Made by a program: the position numbers and the translations under genes | NCBI GenBank assembly: GCA_017621655.1 | Contig: JAGASS010000051.1 | Span: forward strand, 13,418 to 77,417 | Origin: Clostridia bacterium | Lineage (GTDB): Bacteria; Bacillota; Clostridia; Oscillospirales; CAG-272 | Reading direction: 5' to 3' | DNA length: 64,000 bases | Notes under the pieces: model-generated | Seen by the model: only the letters and a program-made list of their open reading frames with translations | Told to the model about the DNA's origin: nothing | Databases searched by the model: none | Shown: piece by piece, positions 37,889-50,755 of the stretch | How the letters are laid out: the number at the start of each line of letters is the position of its first letter | How positions within the stretch are numbered: the stretch's first letter is position 1

Positions 37889-38173
37889 TTACTTTCCGAT
37901 CTTTTTCAAAACATTAACATAGCCGCTATCCTCATCATCGAGGCACTTAACAACACGGCTTATAGTGGCAGAGCTGACGCCTGTCTTTGATGTAATATCA
38001 ACGTATTTTTCGTCGTTAAAGAGCATTTGCGCCACAGTCAGACGCTGTGTCATATCATTGATCTCCTTGCGAGTACAGAGGTCGTCAAAGAATCTTCTGC
38101 ACTCATCTATATCCTTGAGCGACAGTATCGCCTCAAAAAGAATATCTATTTCTTCGTTTCTGATTTTCTTCAT
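37889..38173 (-). CDS. YerC/YecD family TrpR-like DNA-binding protein (candidate histidine-operon regulator)
   Basis: 94 aa. LCTRKEINDMTQRLTVAQML...TGVSSATISRV is a TrpR-type HTH. Its stop is 3 nt before the hisZ start. Confidence 0.8.
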   Translation of the reverse strand: MKKIRNEEIDILFEAILSLKDIDECRRFFDDLCTRKEINDMTQRLTVAQMLFNDEKYVDITSKTGVSSATISRVVKCLDDEDSGYVNVLKKIGK

Positions 38174-38200
38174 TTAAACTCCTAAAAACAAGATGCCAAC

Positions 38201-38229
38201 ATTTTACCATAGTAAAGCGGTAAAGTCAA
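38201..38229 (-). promoter_or_regulatory. Sigma-A type promoter for yerC-his operon
   Basis: On the minus strand: TTGACT (38229-38224), 17 nt spacer, TAAAAT (38206-38201), with extended -10 TG. Confidence 0.5.
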
Positions 38230-38246
38230 TAGTTTTTTGAAAAATA

Positions 38247-40007
38247 TTAATGTGCAAATTGGCTTTCGAAAAGCTCGGCGTAGAATCCGCCCTTTTCGAT
38301 GAGGGACGCGTGACTTCCCTGCTCTATAATGTTGCCGTCTTTCATTACCAAAATGAGGTCAACTTCCTTGATAGTAGACAGACGGTGTGCAACGACAAAC
38401 GACGTTCTTCCGTCCATAAGATCCTTCATTGCTCTCTGTACGCGAAGCTCGGTTCTCGTATCAATAGACGACGTTGCTTCGTCAAGAATCAATATCGGCG
38501 GATCTGAGATCATCGCACGTGCAATACAAAGAAGCTGCTTCTGTCCGCCCGAAAGCTCACCGCCGTTTTCTTCTATAACGGTATCATAGCCGTTTTCCAT
38601 TCTCGAAATGAAGCCGTGACAATGAACTCGCTTTGCGGCATTTATCATTTCCTCATCTGTCGCGTCGGGGCGTCCAAGCTTGAGGTTCTCACGAACAGTT
38701 CCTGCCTTAAGCCATGTTTCCTGAAGAACCATTCCGTAGTTTTTACGAAGAGATTTGCGCGTGATCTCTCTTATGTCGTGTCCATCTACCTTGATCGAGC
38801 CACTTTTCACATCGTAAAAGCGCATAAGAAGATTTATAAAGGTAGTTTTACCGCAACCGGTCGGTCCGACGATTGCAACCTTCATACCTCTTTTTACGTC
38901 TACGCTGAAATCTGTGATAAGCGGATTCTCGGGATCATAGGAGAATGCTACGCTTTGCGCCTCAATATTTCCCTTTACTTTTTCAAGCACTACCGCGTTT
39001 TGAGCATCGGGTATCTCATCTTTAGCCGACATAAATTCAAAGAACCTGTCAGCACAGGCAAGCGCGTTCTGTAGCTCCGCATAGACGCCCGATATTTCGT
39101 TAAACGGCTTTGTGTATTGATTTACGTACTGTAAAAAAGTTGACAGCTCACCAACAGTTATCAGGATCGCGCTGAATCCGAAAATACCAGCGGCAAAGAG
39201 AGAGCCGGCGCACGCTACTGCGGCGTAAACTACCGAGTTTACAAAACGCGTCGTCGGATTGACGAGCGACGAGAAGAAAGTAGCGTTGAGTGCGCTCTTT
39301 TCAAGACGGCGGTTAATTTCCGTGAAGTTCTCGGACACATCCTCTTCACGGTTAAACGCCTTGACGGTCTTAATGTTTTCTACGGTCTCGTTTATATAAT
39401 CGGTCTGCTCGCCGCGTGTTTTCGCCTGCTGTGCGAAGAACTTCTGTGTACGCTTCGTAATAAATGATGCAATAAATAGCGAAAGCGGCGTTAAAAGGAA
39501 GACGACGACCGCAATTATCGGGTTGAGAACAAGCATAAATACAAGTGTCGCAATAATTGTCATAACACCTGTAAAAAGCTGTGTAAAGCCCATAAGCATA
39601 CCGTCAGAGAACTGTTCAACATCGGCAATAATTCGGCTTACCGTGTCGCCAACGGGGTGCTTATCGAGATACGATATTGGCAGACGCTGAATTTTTGCAA
39701 AAGCGTCGTTACGCATATCGCGGATAACGTTAAAAGTAATTCTGTTGTTGATCACGCTCATCAGCCACTGAGCTATACCGCCGACAGCCGCCACGAGGAC
39801 GGTAATACCAAGAAGCTTAGCAACCTTATCGGCAAAAAGCGTCCCTTCGATCATCAGGTCAATAGCGTTACCTATGATAATAGGAATAATCAGCGATGAG
39901 GCAACGTATACCGTTGCAAGAAGGAGCGTAAGAATAATTAGAAGCTTATAACGCTTTACGTAGGAAAGCGAGCGCTTAAGTGATGAAGCCGAAATTTTCT
40001 TTTTCAT
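38247..40007 (-). CDS. ABC exporter half-transporter, canonical NBD (second chain of a heterodimer)
   Basis: 586 aa from ATG 40007 (GGTGG RBS). The track's 62-aa Arg-rich extension overlaps the upstream gene. Walker A GPTGCGKTT, LSGGQKQ, ILILDEATS and H-loop VVAHRL. Confidence 0.88.
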   Translation of the reverse strand: MKKKISASSLKRSLSYVKRYKLLIILTLLLATVYVASSLIIPIIIGNAIDLMIEGTLFADKVAKLLGITVLVAAVGGIAQWLMSVINNRITFNVIRDMRNDAFAKIQRLPISYLDKHPVGDTVSRIIADVEQFSDGMLMGFTQLFTGVMTIIATLVFMLVLNPIIAVVVFLLTPLSLFIASFITKRTQKFFAQQAKTRGEQTDYINETVENIKTVKAFNREEDVSENFTEINRRLEKSALNATFFSSLVNPTTRFVNSVVYAAVACAGSLFAAGIFGFSAILITVGELSTFLQYVNQYTKPFNEISGVYAELQNALACADRFFEFMSAKDEIPDAQNAVVLEKVKGNIEAQSVAFSYDPENPLITDFSVDVKRGMKVAIVGPTGCGKTTFINLLMRFYDVKSGSIKVDGHDIREITRKSLRKNYGMVLQETWLKAGTVRENLKLGRPDATDEEMINAAKRVHCHGFISRMENGYDTVIEENGGELSGGQKQLLCIARAMISDPPILILDEATSSIDTRTELRVQRAMKDLMDGRTSFVVAHRLSTIKEVDLILVMKDGNIIEQGSHASLIEKGGFYAELFESQFAH

Positions 40008-40017
40008 ATCTACCACC

Positions 40018-41730
40018 TCACGCATTCTTCGTCTGCGATTCACAGATCTCACGGTAAAGGTCATTATTTTCATAAAGCTCGTCGTGCTTGCCAATACCGA
40101 CGATCTCGCCCTCGTCAAGAACGAGTATCTTGTCGGCATCCTTGATAGTAGTAAACCTCTGCGAGACAATAAAGACCGCCGGTTTATAATCAAGTGACGC
40201 GATATTTCTTCTTAGCTTAAGATCGGTAAGATAATCAAGTGCCGATGAGCTATCGTCAAGGATCAGTATTTCAGGACGCTTCACTATCGCACGGGCAAGT
40301 GTAAGCCGCTGCTTCTGACCGCCCGAGAGATTTCTTCCGTACTGCTCGACGGGGCTGTCTATTCCTTTTTCAAGCTTATTTACAAACTCGGAAGCAACGG
40401 CACAGTCGAGCGCTTCTTTAATCTCCTCGTCCGTCGCGTTTTCGTTACCGAAGAGAATGTTGCTCTTTATAGTACCTGCAAAGAGCTCGGATTTCTGCGG
40501 AACGATTCCGATAACTAAAAGAATTTCAGATTCCGACATTCCCTTAACGTCGTTGCCTTTAAGGAAGACCGTGCCATTTGTTGTATCGTAAAAACGACAA
40601 AGAAGATTAATTAGCGTCGATTTACCCGAGCCGGTACCGCCGATGATTCCGACGGTCTCGCCCTTTTCTGCCGTGAAACTAACTTTTTTAAGCGCATAAT
40701 CTCCGCCATCCGAATACTTGAATGCTACGTCTCTGAACTCTACGAGCGAATCAGATACTTCATTATTCGGCTCTCTCTTAACGACTGAGGGCTGAATATC
40801 AAGTATTGTCTGAACGCGTTTACCGCAGGCAACGGCTTTTGTCATCGTAATGATCATATTCGCAAGTTTAATAAGCTCAACGAGTATTTGCGACATATAG
40901 TTGTAAAGCGCTATAACAGCCGCTTGCGAAAGAAGACCGATCTCAACGCGGAGTCCGCCCTTGTAAATGAGAAGTGCAATTGCGATGTTTATAATGACGA
41001 AGGTCAGTGGATTAGTAAGAGACGAGATCTTGCCTACGAATTTCTGCGCCTTGTTAAGCTCGCCGTTCTTTTCATTGAAGGAGGAGATCTCGTCGTCCTC
41101 TTTAACCAGTGCGCGAAGCATACGAGCGCCGTTAAGATTCTCTCTTGTTTTTGAGGTAACTCTGTCCAGACGCGACTGCACCTTCTTATACAGAGGAATT
41201 GTTATCAGCAGTACAGCGAACACAACAACTGCAAGAGCCGGGATCGCAAGCAGGAATACAGTTGACGCCTCGGGGCTGACTGTAAACGCCATAATTGCCG
41301 CGCCGAATACGATAAACGGAGAACGAAGGAAGAGACGCAGGGCAAGATTTACGCCCGTCTGTACCTGATTCATATCGCTTGTTAAACGGTTGATAAGCGT
41401 TGACTTTCCAAGCTTATCTATATCTCTGTATGAGAGCTTCTGAATATGGCTGAAAAGCTTTTCTCTTACGCGCGCTGTAAAGCCGACTGCCGCTTTAGCG
41501 GAGAAAAACTGCGCAGTTATCGAAAGAGCCAGACCGACAAGTCCCATGCCTACAAGAAGAATGGACGACCATACTATATAACCGGTATCACCCTTTTCGA
41601 TGCCGTTATTTATCATATTAAGGACAACGTACGGAATGAACAGTTCAATAAGTGCTTCCATGAGCTTAAGAAGCGGTCCGAGTACGCATTCTTTACCGTA
41701 TCCCTTCATATTTTTCAGCAATTTAAGCAT
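40018..41730 (-). CDS. ABC exporter half-transporter with degenerate ATPase site (first chain of a heterodimer)
   Basis: 570 aa. Walker A GGTGSGKST. Walker B is followed by Asp, not Glu (ILILDDSSS). The H-loop His is replaced by Gln (FIVSQRF). Confidence 0.88.
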   Translation of the reverse strand: MLKLLKNMKGYGKECVLGPLLKLMEALIELFIPYVVLNMINNGIEKGDTGYIVWSSILLVGMGLVGLALSITAQFFSAKAAVGFTARVREKLFSHIQKLSYRDIDKLGKSTLINRLTSDMNQVQTGVNLALRLFLRSPFIVFGAAIMAFTVSPEASTVFLLAIPALAVVVFAVLLITIPLYKKVQSRLDRVTSKTRENLNGARMLRALVKEDDEISSFNEKNGELNKAQKFVGKISSLTNPLTFVIINIAIALLIYKGGLRVEIGLLSQAAVIALYNYMSQILVELIKLANMIITMTKAVACGKRVQTILDIQPSVVKREPNNEVSDSLVEFRDVAFKYSDGGDYALKKVSFTAEKGETVGIIGGTGSGKSTLINLLCRFYDTTNGTVFLKGNDVKGMSESEILLVIGIVPQKSELFAGTIKSNILFGNENATDEEIKEALDCAVASEFVNKLEKGIDSPVEQYGRNLSGGQKQRLTLARAIVKRPEILILDDSSSALDYLTDLKLRRNIASLDYKPAVFIVSQRFTTIKDADKILVLDEGEIVGIGKHDELYENNDLYREICESQTKNA

Positions 41731-41800
41731 AATTAACTCCTAATTATGATTTTAACCCTGTTATTATATCATATTAAGAGTAAAAATGGAAGTGGAAATA

Positions 41801-41832
41801 AAAAATAAACCGCAAAAATGCGGTTTATTTTT
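41801..41832 (-). terminator. groESL terminator
   Basis: Stem ATAAACCGC(41805-41813)/GCGGTTTAT(41820-41828), with A/T runs on both sides. Confidence 0.7.
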
Positions 41833-41839
41833 GGAATTA

Positions 41840-43823
<1,984 letters not shown>

Positions 43824-43835
43824 CGCACAATGATG

Positions 43836-43864
43836 ATTATAATAGCGGCTATATAAAATTTCAA
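43836..43864 (-). promoter_or_regulatory. Sigma-A type promoter of groESL
   Basis: On the minus strand: TTGAAA (43864-43859), 17 nt spacer, TATAAT (43841-43836). Confidence 0.6.
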
Positions 43865-43923
43865 GTATTTTCCGCTTATGTTTACATTTCTTTTACATTT
43901 TATGAAAAGAAACGGGCTTTACG

Positions 43924-45210
43924 TTACTTAACGAAGTCAAATTCGAAGTCGTACATACGGACTGTATCGCCGTCAGTTACGCCTGCTTCCTCGAGCTTTT
44001 CGATTATTCCGTTCATGCGAAGCATTCTCTGGAAGTAGTTAAGAGAATCTCTGTCCTCGAAATTGACTCGTCCGACAAGACGCCAGAGCCATTCGGATTC
44101 GCAAACGTAGACCTTGCCGTCCTTGTATATTTCAAGCTCGTCGAATTCGTCGTCATCATCTTCGGCTTCGATATAGTCCGGCTCGAATATCGTAAGCGGC
44201 GGCAGTTCGTTAAGCATACGCGAAACGTGCTTGATAAGCTCTTTAACGTTCTCTCCCGTCAGGGCGGAAATAAAGAAGAGCGTAAGCCCCTTCTCCTTGC
44301 AGTATGCTTCAAGATCACTTACGTGCTCGTTATATTCGGAAAGCGAAGAATCGTATTTGTTGCCTACGATAATTTGCGGACGTGTGGCAAGCTCGGGGCT
44401 GTACTGCTCAAGCTCGCGGTTGATAAGCTCAATATCCTCTCTCGGATCGCGCTCGCAGTCGGCATCAATGTCGACAAGATGTAGCATAACGCGGCATCTG
44501 TCGATATGACGAAGGAAGCTGTGACCAAGTCCCTTTCCGTCCGACGCGCCCTCGATAAGTCCCGGAATATCGGCGCAGACGAAGCCCCTGCCACCGTCGA
44601 CCTTTACCACGCCGAGATTGGGAGACAGCGTTGTAAAATCGTAATCGGCAATTTTGGGAGTAGCGGCACTGATCGCCGAAAGGAGCGAGGATTTACCGAC
44701 GTTAGGCAGACCGATAAGTGCGACGTCAGCAAGCATTTTCAGCTCGAATATGACCTCTTTTTCTTCGCCCTTAAGACCGCTTTTAGCAAAGCGCGGGATC
44801 TGTCTTGTCGGAGTTGCAAAATGTCTGTTTCCCCAGCCGCCTTTACCGCCGCGGCAGAGAATGAAATCATCTCTCTCCGACATATCGACGATAATTTTGC
44901 CGCTTTCGGCATCCTTGACAACGGTTCCGGGCGGAACGGGAAGGATTATATCCTCGCCGTTTGCGCCGTGGAGCTTATTCGTCATACCGTTACCGCCGTT
45001 TTCGGCGATGAACTTATGACGGTATTTGTATTTTAGAAGCGTATTGTCTCCGTTTTCAATACGGAGAATTATGTTTCCGCCGTGTCCGCCGTCACCGCCG
45101 TCGGGACCGCCGTGCGAAACGTATTTTTCTCTGTGAAAGCTAACTGCGCCGTTACCGCCGTTGCCCGCCTTCACGTATACCTTTACATAATCTGTGATCA
45201 CGAATATCAC
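43924..45210 (-). CDS. obg: GTPase Obg/CgtA
   Basis: 428 aa with an Obg fold (VKAGNGGNGAVSFHREKY, glycine-rich repeats), G domain GLPNVGKSS / DIPGLIEGA / NKYD, and a C-terminal OCT domain. GTG start 1 nt after the ligA stop. Confidence 0.92.
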   Translation of the reverse strand: MIFVITDYVKVYVKAGNGGNGAVSFHREKYVSHGGPDGGDGGHGGNIILRIENGDNTLLKYKYRHKFIAENGGNGMTNKLHGANGEDIILPVPPGTVVKDAESGKIIVDMSERDDFILCRGGKGGWGNRHFATPTRQIPRFAKSGLKGEEKEVIFELKMLADVALIGLPNVGKSSLLSAISAATPKIADYDFTTLSPNLGVVKVDGGRGFVCADIPGLIEGASDGKGLGHSFLRHIDRCRVMLHLVDIDADCERDPREDIELINRELEQYSPELATRPQIIVGNKYDSSLSEYNEHVSDLEAYCKEKGLTLFFISALTGENVKELIKHVSRMLNELPPLTIFEPDYIEAEDDDDEFDELEIYKDGKVYVCESEWLWRLVGRVNFEDRDSLNYFQRMLRMNGIIEKLEEAGVTDGDTVRMYDFEFDFVK

Positions 45211-45211
45211 C

Positions 45212-47179
<1,968 letters not shown>

Positions 47180-47271
47180 TTACCGCCTGATGATTATTGA
47201 CAAGCAATTAAAACGCTGATATAATATTATTATAACATACTTTAATTATTTTTTCAAGGGAGTGAAGACAT

Positions 47272-47475
47272 ATTATTCTTACGGTTGACCGCATTGAGGG
47301 TACTTATGCAGTATGTATTGACGAGAATGAAAACACCTACAATATACCGCTTTCTTCCCTTCCGCCAGTATCTGAGCGCGACGTGATCGAAGCGAGCTTC
47401 GTTTTACGCCCCGATCTGCGCAAGGAAAAAGAATCAAAGGTTAAAAGCTTATTCGAAAAACTGAAGAACAAATAA
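47272..47475 (+). CDS. DUF3006-like small protein (67 aa) with apparent non-canonical ATT start
   Basis: Not in the ORF track. The frame 47266-47475 is open and translates to IILTVDRIEGTYAVCIDENENTYNIPLSSLPPVSERDVIEASF...KSLFEKLKNK. AAGGGAG (47256-47262) lies 9 nt before ATT 47272. An in-frame TGA at 47263 excludes upstream starts. A terminator follows. Confidence 0.5.
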   Translation: MILTVDRIEGTYAVCIDENENTYNIPLSSLPPVSERDVIEASFVLRPDLRKEKESKVKSLFEKLKNK

Positions 47476-47498
47476 CAGCTATATCGGCTGTTATTTTT
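47473..47498. terminator. Hairpin terminator between the DUF3006-like ORF and the convergent araC-family gene
   Basis: Stem TAACAGC(47473-47479)/GCTGTTA(47487-47493) followed by TTTTT. Confidence 0.55.
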
Positions 47499-48327
47499 CT
47501 TTTCTGAATTCTGACGGAAGCCGTCCCGTCTCGCGCTTAAAGACGGTACTGAAATAGTTATGACTGCTGAACGACAGCTTTTCCGAGACCTCGCAGACGC
47601 TCATGCCTCTGCGAAGCAAACGGCAAGCAAGCGTAATCTTTGATTTAAGAAAATATTTATGTATTCCTAGACCTGCGTATTTTGAAAAGATCTTCTTAAG
47701 ATAGGAAACGCTTATATTCAGCTTTTTTGCGATATCCTCCGCGCTTATCCAGTCGTAAATATTTTCATCCATTAAAAGAACCGCGCTTCTGAACATATCG
47801 GTCTCAAAGCTTCTTGGATGATCGACTATAGGCGTACTGTCCTTCGAAAGCGATACAAGAAGGTTTTCACAAAGAGAAACGACTTGCTGACAGATAAGGG
47901 GATCTCCGTCAATAATATGGCTATACTCGGTATAATCATAATCAGTTTCGTCAGAGCTTTCGCGCAGAAGTGAAATTATACTGTAAAGCATTTCCTTTTG
48001 GCGCAGAGAGAGCGTCATTGAGCTGTCTTCAAGCTTCTTCTTGAGCTGTCCCGAAAGAGCAAAGGACATAACGAATATTTTCGCTTTACCTTCGGTGTGA
48101 AATTTGTGAAGCTCCATCGGCTTATGAAAGATTATGTCATTTTCGTTGAGATTGAGTACGTTCTCGTCGGCACTGACGCAGATACGTCCCTCTTCAACGT
48201 ACATAACTTCCCAAAAATCGTGCATCTCGCCGCTAAAAACGTAATTATCATCCATGCTTCTTTCAAAGCATGAAACAAATCCGTCGATATTTATAAGTCG
48301 TTTAACGGGTATGAATTGATATTCCAT
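47491..48327 (-). CDS. AraC-family transcriptional regulator (cupin sensor plus HTH)
   Basis: 278 aa from ATG 48327 (GGAGA RBS; the track start 48384 is TTG). The C-terminal AraC HTH is ISVSYLKKIFSKY...FSSHNYFSTVFKRETG. Confidence 0.85.
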   Translation of the reverse strand: MEYQFIPVKRLINIDGFVSCFERSMDDNYVFSGEMHDFWEVMYVEEGRICVSADENVLNLNENDIIFHKPMELHKFHTEGKAKIFVMSFALSGQLKKKLEDSSMTLSLRQKEMLYSIISLLRESSDETDYDYTEYSHIIDGDPLICQQVVSLCENLLVSLSKDSTPIVDHPRSFETDMFRSAVLLMDENIYDWISAEDIAKKLNISVSYLKKIFSKYAGLGIHKYFLKSKITLACRLLRRGMSVCEVSEKLSFSSHNYFSTVFKRETGRLPSEFRKEK

Positions 48328-48451
48328 AGCGTCTCCGTGTCTGAATTTATACTTTTTGTGTCTTAAATCACATTTACATTTCAAAAAAGATATTGTATTA
48401 TAGTTTTAGCATATATTTTTAATTTTGTAAATACTTTCGGAGGAAAAAACA

Positions 48452-49648
48452 ATGCAAAACATTCGTGCAGGTGTAATCGGACTCGGTAACAGAGGTTACA
48501 GTCTTCTTACGAGCGTTGTTCTTCATTGCCACGACGTAACAGTCACAGCAGTTTGCGACCTTTATGAGGACAGAATCGAAAGAGGTGCTAAGGCAGTTGT
48601 AGATAAGTGCGGCGTTCGCCCCGCTACCTATACCGACTACAAGCAGCTTATCGACGACGAAAACGTTGACGTCGTTCTCGTTCTTACCGCTTGGGAAGCA
48701 CATATCGATCCCGCAGTTTACGCTATGAAGGCAGGCAAGCCGACCGCGCTTGAGGTTGGCGGTGCATACTCCCTTAAGGATTGCTGGAAGCTCGTTGAAA
48801 CACAGGAGCAGACCGGCGTTCCCTTCATGTTCCTTGAAAACTGCTGCTTCGGCAGACGCGAGATGATGACGCTTAATATGGTTGAGCAGGGACTTCTCGG
48901 CGAGGTCGTTCATTGCTCCGGATGCTACGCTCATGACCTCCGTCACGAGGTTGCTTACGGTAACGATGACCGTCACTACCGTCTCCGTAACTATTTGAAC
49001 CGTAACTGCGAAAACTATCCGACTCATGAGCTTGGACCGATCGCAAAGGTACTTAAGATCAATAACGGTAACAGAATCGTATCTCTTACCTCCACATCTT
49101 CAAAGGCAGCAGGTCTTAAGCAGTACATCGCTGACAAGAAGAGCGACGATACCGAGCTTATGAACGCTACCTTCCAGCAGGGTGATATCGTTACGACTGT
49201 CCTTAAGTGTGCTCACGGCGAGACCATCGTTCTTACTCTTGATACGACTCTTCCCCGCTACTACAGCCGCGGATTCACCGTTCGCGGAACTAAGGGTCTG
49301 TACGAGGAATGCACCGACTCTGTATTCCTTGACAGAAAGGAAGATATCGACCGCGAGTGGGCTTGGAGAGCTAACTGTAACGGTAACGCAAAGGAATACG
49401 AGGAGCAGTATGACCATCCCGTATGGAAGAAGTATCTCTCTGAGGGTGTTCAGGGTGGACACGACGGTATGGACTGGCTTGAGTTCAACACCTTCTTTGA
49501 CTGTCTGCGTGAAGGCAAGGAAATGCCCGTTAACGTTTACGACGCTGCAACCTGGATGTCGATCACGGCTCTTTCAGAGCAGTCTATTGCTAACGGCTCA
49601 GCTCCTGTTGCAGTTCCCGACTTCACAAGAGGTAAGTGGGTACTTTAA
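48452..49648 (+). CDS. Gfo/Idh/MocA-family NAD-dependent oxidoreductase (glycosidase-like GH109 relationship possible)
   Basis: 398 aa with an N-terminal Rossmann motif IRAGVIGLGNRG. It is divergent from the AraC regulator. RBS GGAGGA. Confidence 0.75.
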   Translation: MQNIRAGVIGLGNRGYSLLTSVVLHCHDVTVTAVCDLYEDRIERGAKAVVDKCGVRPATYTDYKQLIDDENVDVVLVLTAWEAHIDPAVYAMKAGKPTALEVGGAYSLKDCWKLVETQEQTGVPFMFLENCCFGRREMMTLNMVEQGLLGEVVHCSGCYAHDLRHEVAYGNDDRHYRLRNYLNRNCENYPTHELGPIAKVLKINNGNRIVSLTSTSSKAAGLKQYIADKKSDDTELMNATFQQGDIVTTVLKCAHGETIVLTLDTTLPRYYSRGFTVRGTKGLYEECTDSVFLDRKEDIDREWAWRANCNGNAKEYEEQYDHPVWKKYLSEGVQGGHDGMDWLEFNTFFDCLREGKEMPVNVYDAATWMSITALSEQSIANGSAPVAVPDFTRGKWVL

Positions 49649-49663
49649 TTTCAGAAAATAATT

Positions 49664-49693
49664 AAAAACAAGGACTTCGGTCCTTGTTTTTTT
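49664..49693 (+). terminator. Terminator after the oxidoreductase gene
   Basis: Stem AAACAAGGAC/GTCCTTGTTT with loop TTCG, followed by a T-run. Confidence 0.7.
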
Positions 49694-49747
49694 GCATATT
49701 AGCGCTTTTTCAGGAAATATTAATAAAAACTGATTTGGAGAAATAAT

Positions 49748-50755
49748 ATGCGTAAAGGAATAATTCGCGTTAAAAAATGCCCGAGCATAATCGGTCATGC
49801 GAGCGCTGTTGGGAACAAGGAACACGAAGGACCGCTCGGTAATTTTTTTGACTTTCACGACGAAAGCGACAGGTTCGGGCAGAAAACTTGGGAGCTTGCC
49901 GAGAGCGAAATGCAACACATAGCTCTTAATCTCGCGCTGAAAAAGTCAAATACAGATCCTAAAAATCTTGACGGGCTGTTCGCCGGCGACCTGATAAACC
50001 AATGCTCAAGCTCCAACTACGGATTAAGTGACGCAGGTGTTCCTTTTTTCGGCTTGTACGGTGCTTGCTCAACGTCGGCTGAGGGCTTAATGCTGGCAAC
50101 TCTCTTTCTGAATGCCTCGCCCTCACTTCAAACGGCGGCAGTAGTCACCTCATCTCACAATTGCTCCTCGGAGCGTCAATTCCGTTATCCCGTTGAATAC
50201 GGCGGTCAGCGTCCTCCAACAGCACAGTGGACAGTTACGGGATCGGGCGCATTTATACTCGGTGAGGGAGAGGGCGCTTATATAACAGAGCTGCTTCCCG
50301 GTATAATAAGAGACGAGGGTATAAACGATCCTGCAAATATGGGTGCCGCGATGGCTCCTGCGGCGATAGATACACTCAAGCGTTACTTTGACGAATCGGG
50401 AATGCTGCCATCAGACTTTGACGGCATATATACAGGTGACCTCGGCTATGAAGGACACTCTATAGTTACAGAAAAAATGGCTGAATACGGATATGATATG
50501 ACAAAAAATTATAACGACTGCGGACTTTTGATATATGATCTCGAAAGACAAGACGTTCACGCGGGCGGCTCTGGCTGTGGCTGTTCTGCATCTGTATTAT
50601 CTTCTTATATACTTCCGAAGCTCGAGCACGGAGAAATGACCGATATTCTTTATATCGCGACAGGTGCTCTGATGTCTCCTATGGCAATACTGCAAGGTAA
50701 AACCATACCCGGCATTGCACACCTTATCAGAATTACAAAGGAGAGATGTCTATGA
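49748..50755 (+). CDS. spoVAD: Stage V sporulation protein AD
   Basis: 335 aa thiolase-like fold. IIGHASAVGNKEHEGPLGNFFD and YGACST are characteristic of SpoVAD. Confidence 0.9.
   Translation: MRKGIIRVKKCPSIIGHASAVGNKEHEGPLGNFFDFHDESDRFGQKTWELAESEMQHIALNLALKKSNTDPKNLDGLFAGDLINQCSSSNYGLSDAGVPFFGLYGACSTSAEGLMLATLFLNASPSLQTAAVVTSSHNCSSERQFRYPVEYGGQRPPTAQWTVTGSGAFILGEGEGAYITELLPGIIRDEGINDPANMGAAMAPAAIDTLKRYFDESGMLPSDFDGIYTGDLGYEGHSIVTEKMAEYGYDMTKNYNDCGLLIYDLERQDVHAGGSGCGCSASVLSSYILPKLEHGEMTDILYIATGALMSPMAILQGKTIPGIAHLIRITKERCL

Noticed and set aside
40008-40193. A 62-aa Arg-rich N-terminal extension of the 38247 ABC gene in the ORF track.
   Set aside because: It overlaps the 3' end of the upstream ABC gene in another frame. 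ATG 40007 has an RBS (GGTGG) and gives the normal MKKKIS... N-terminus with the first TM helix at the expected distance.
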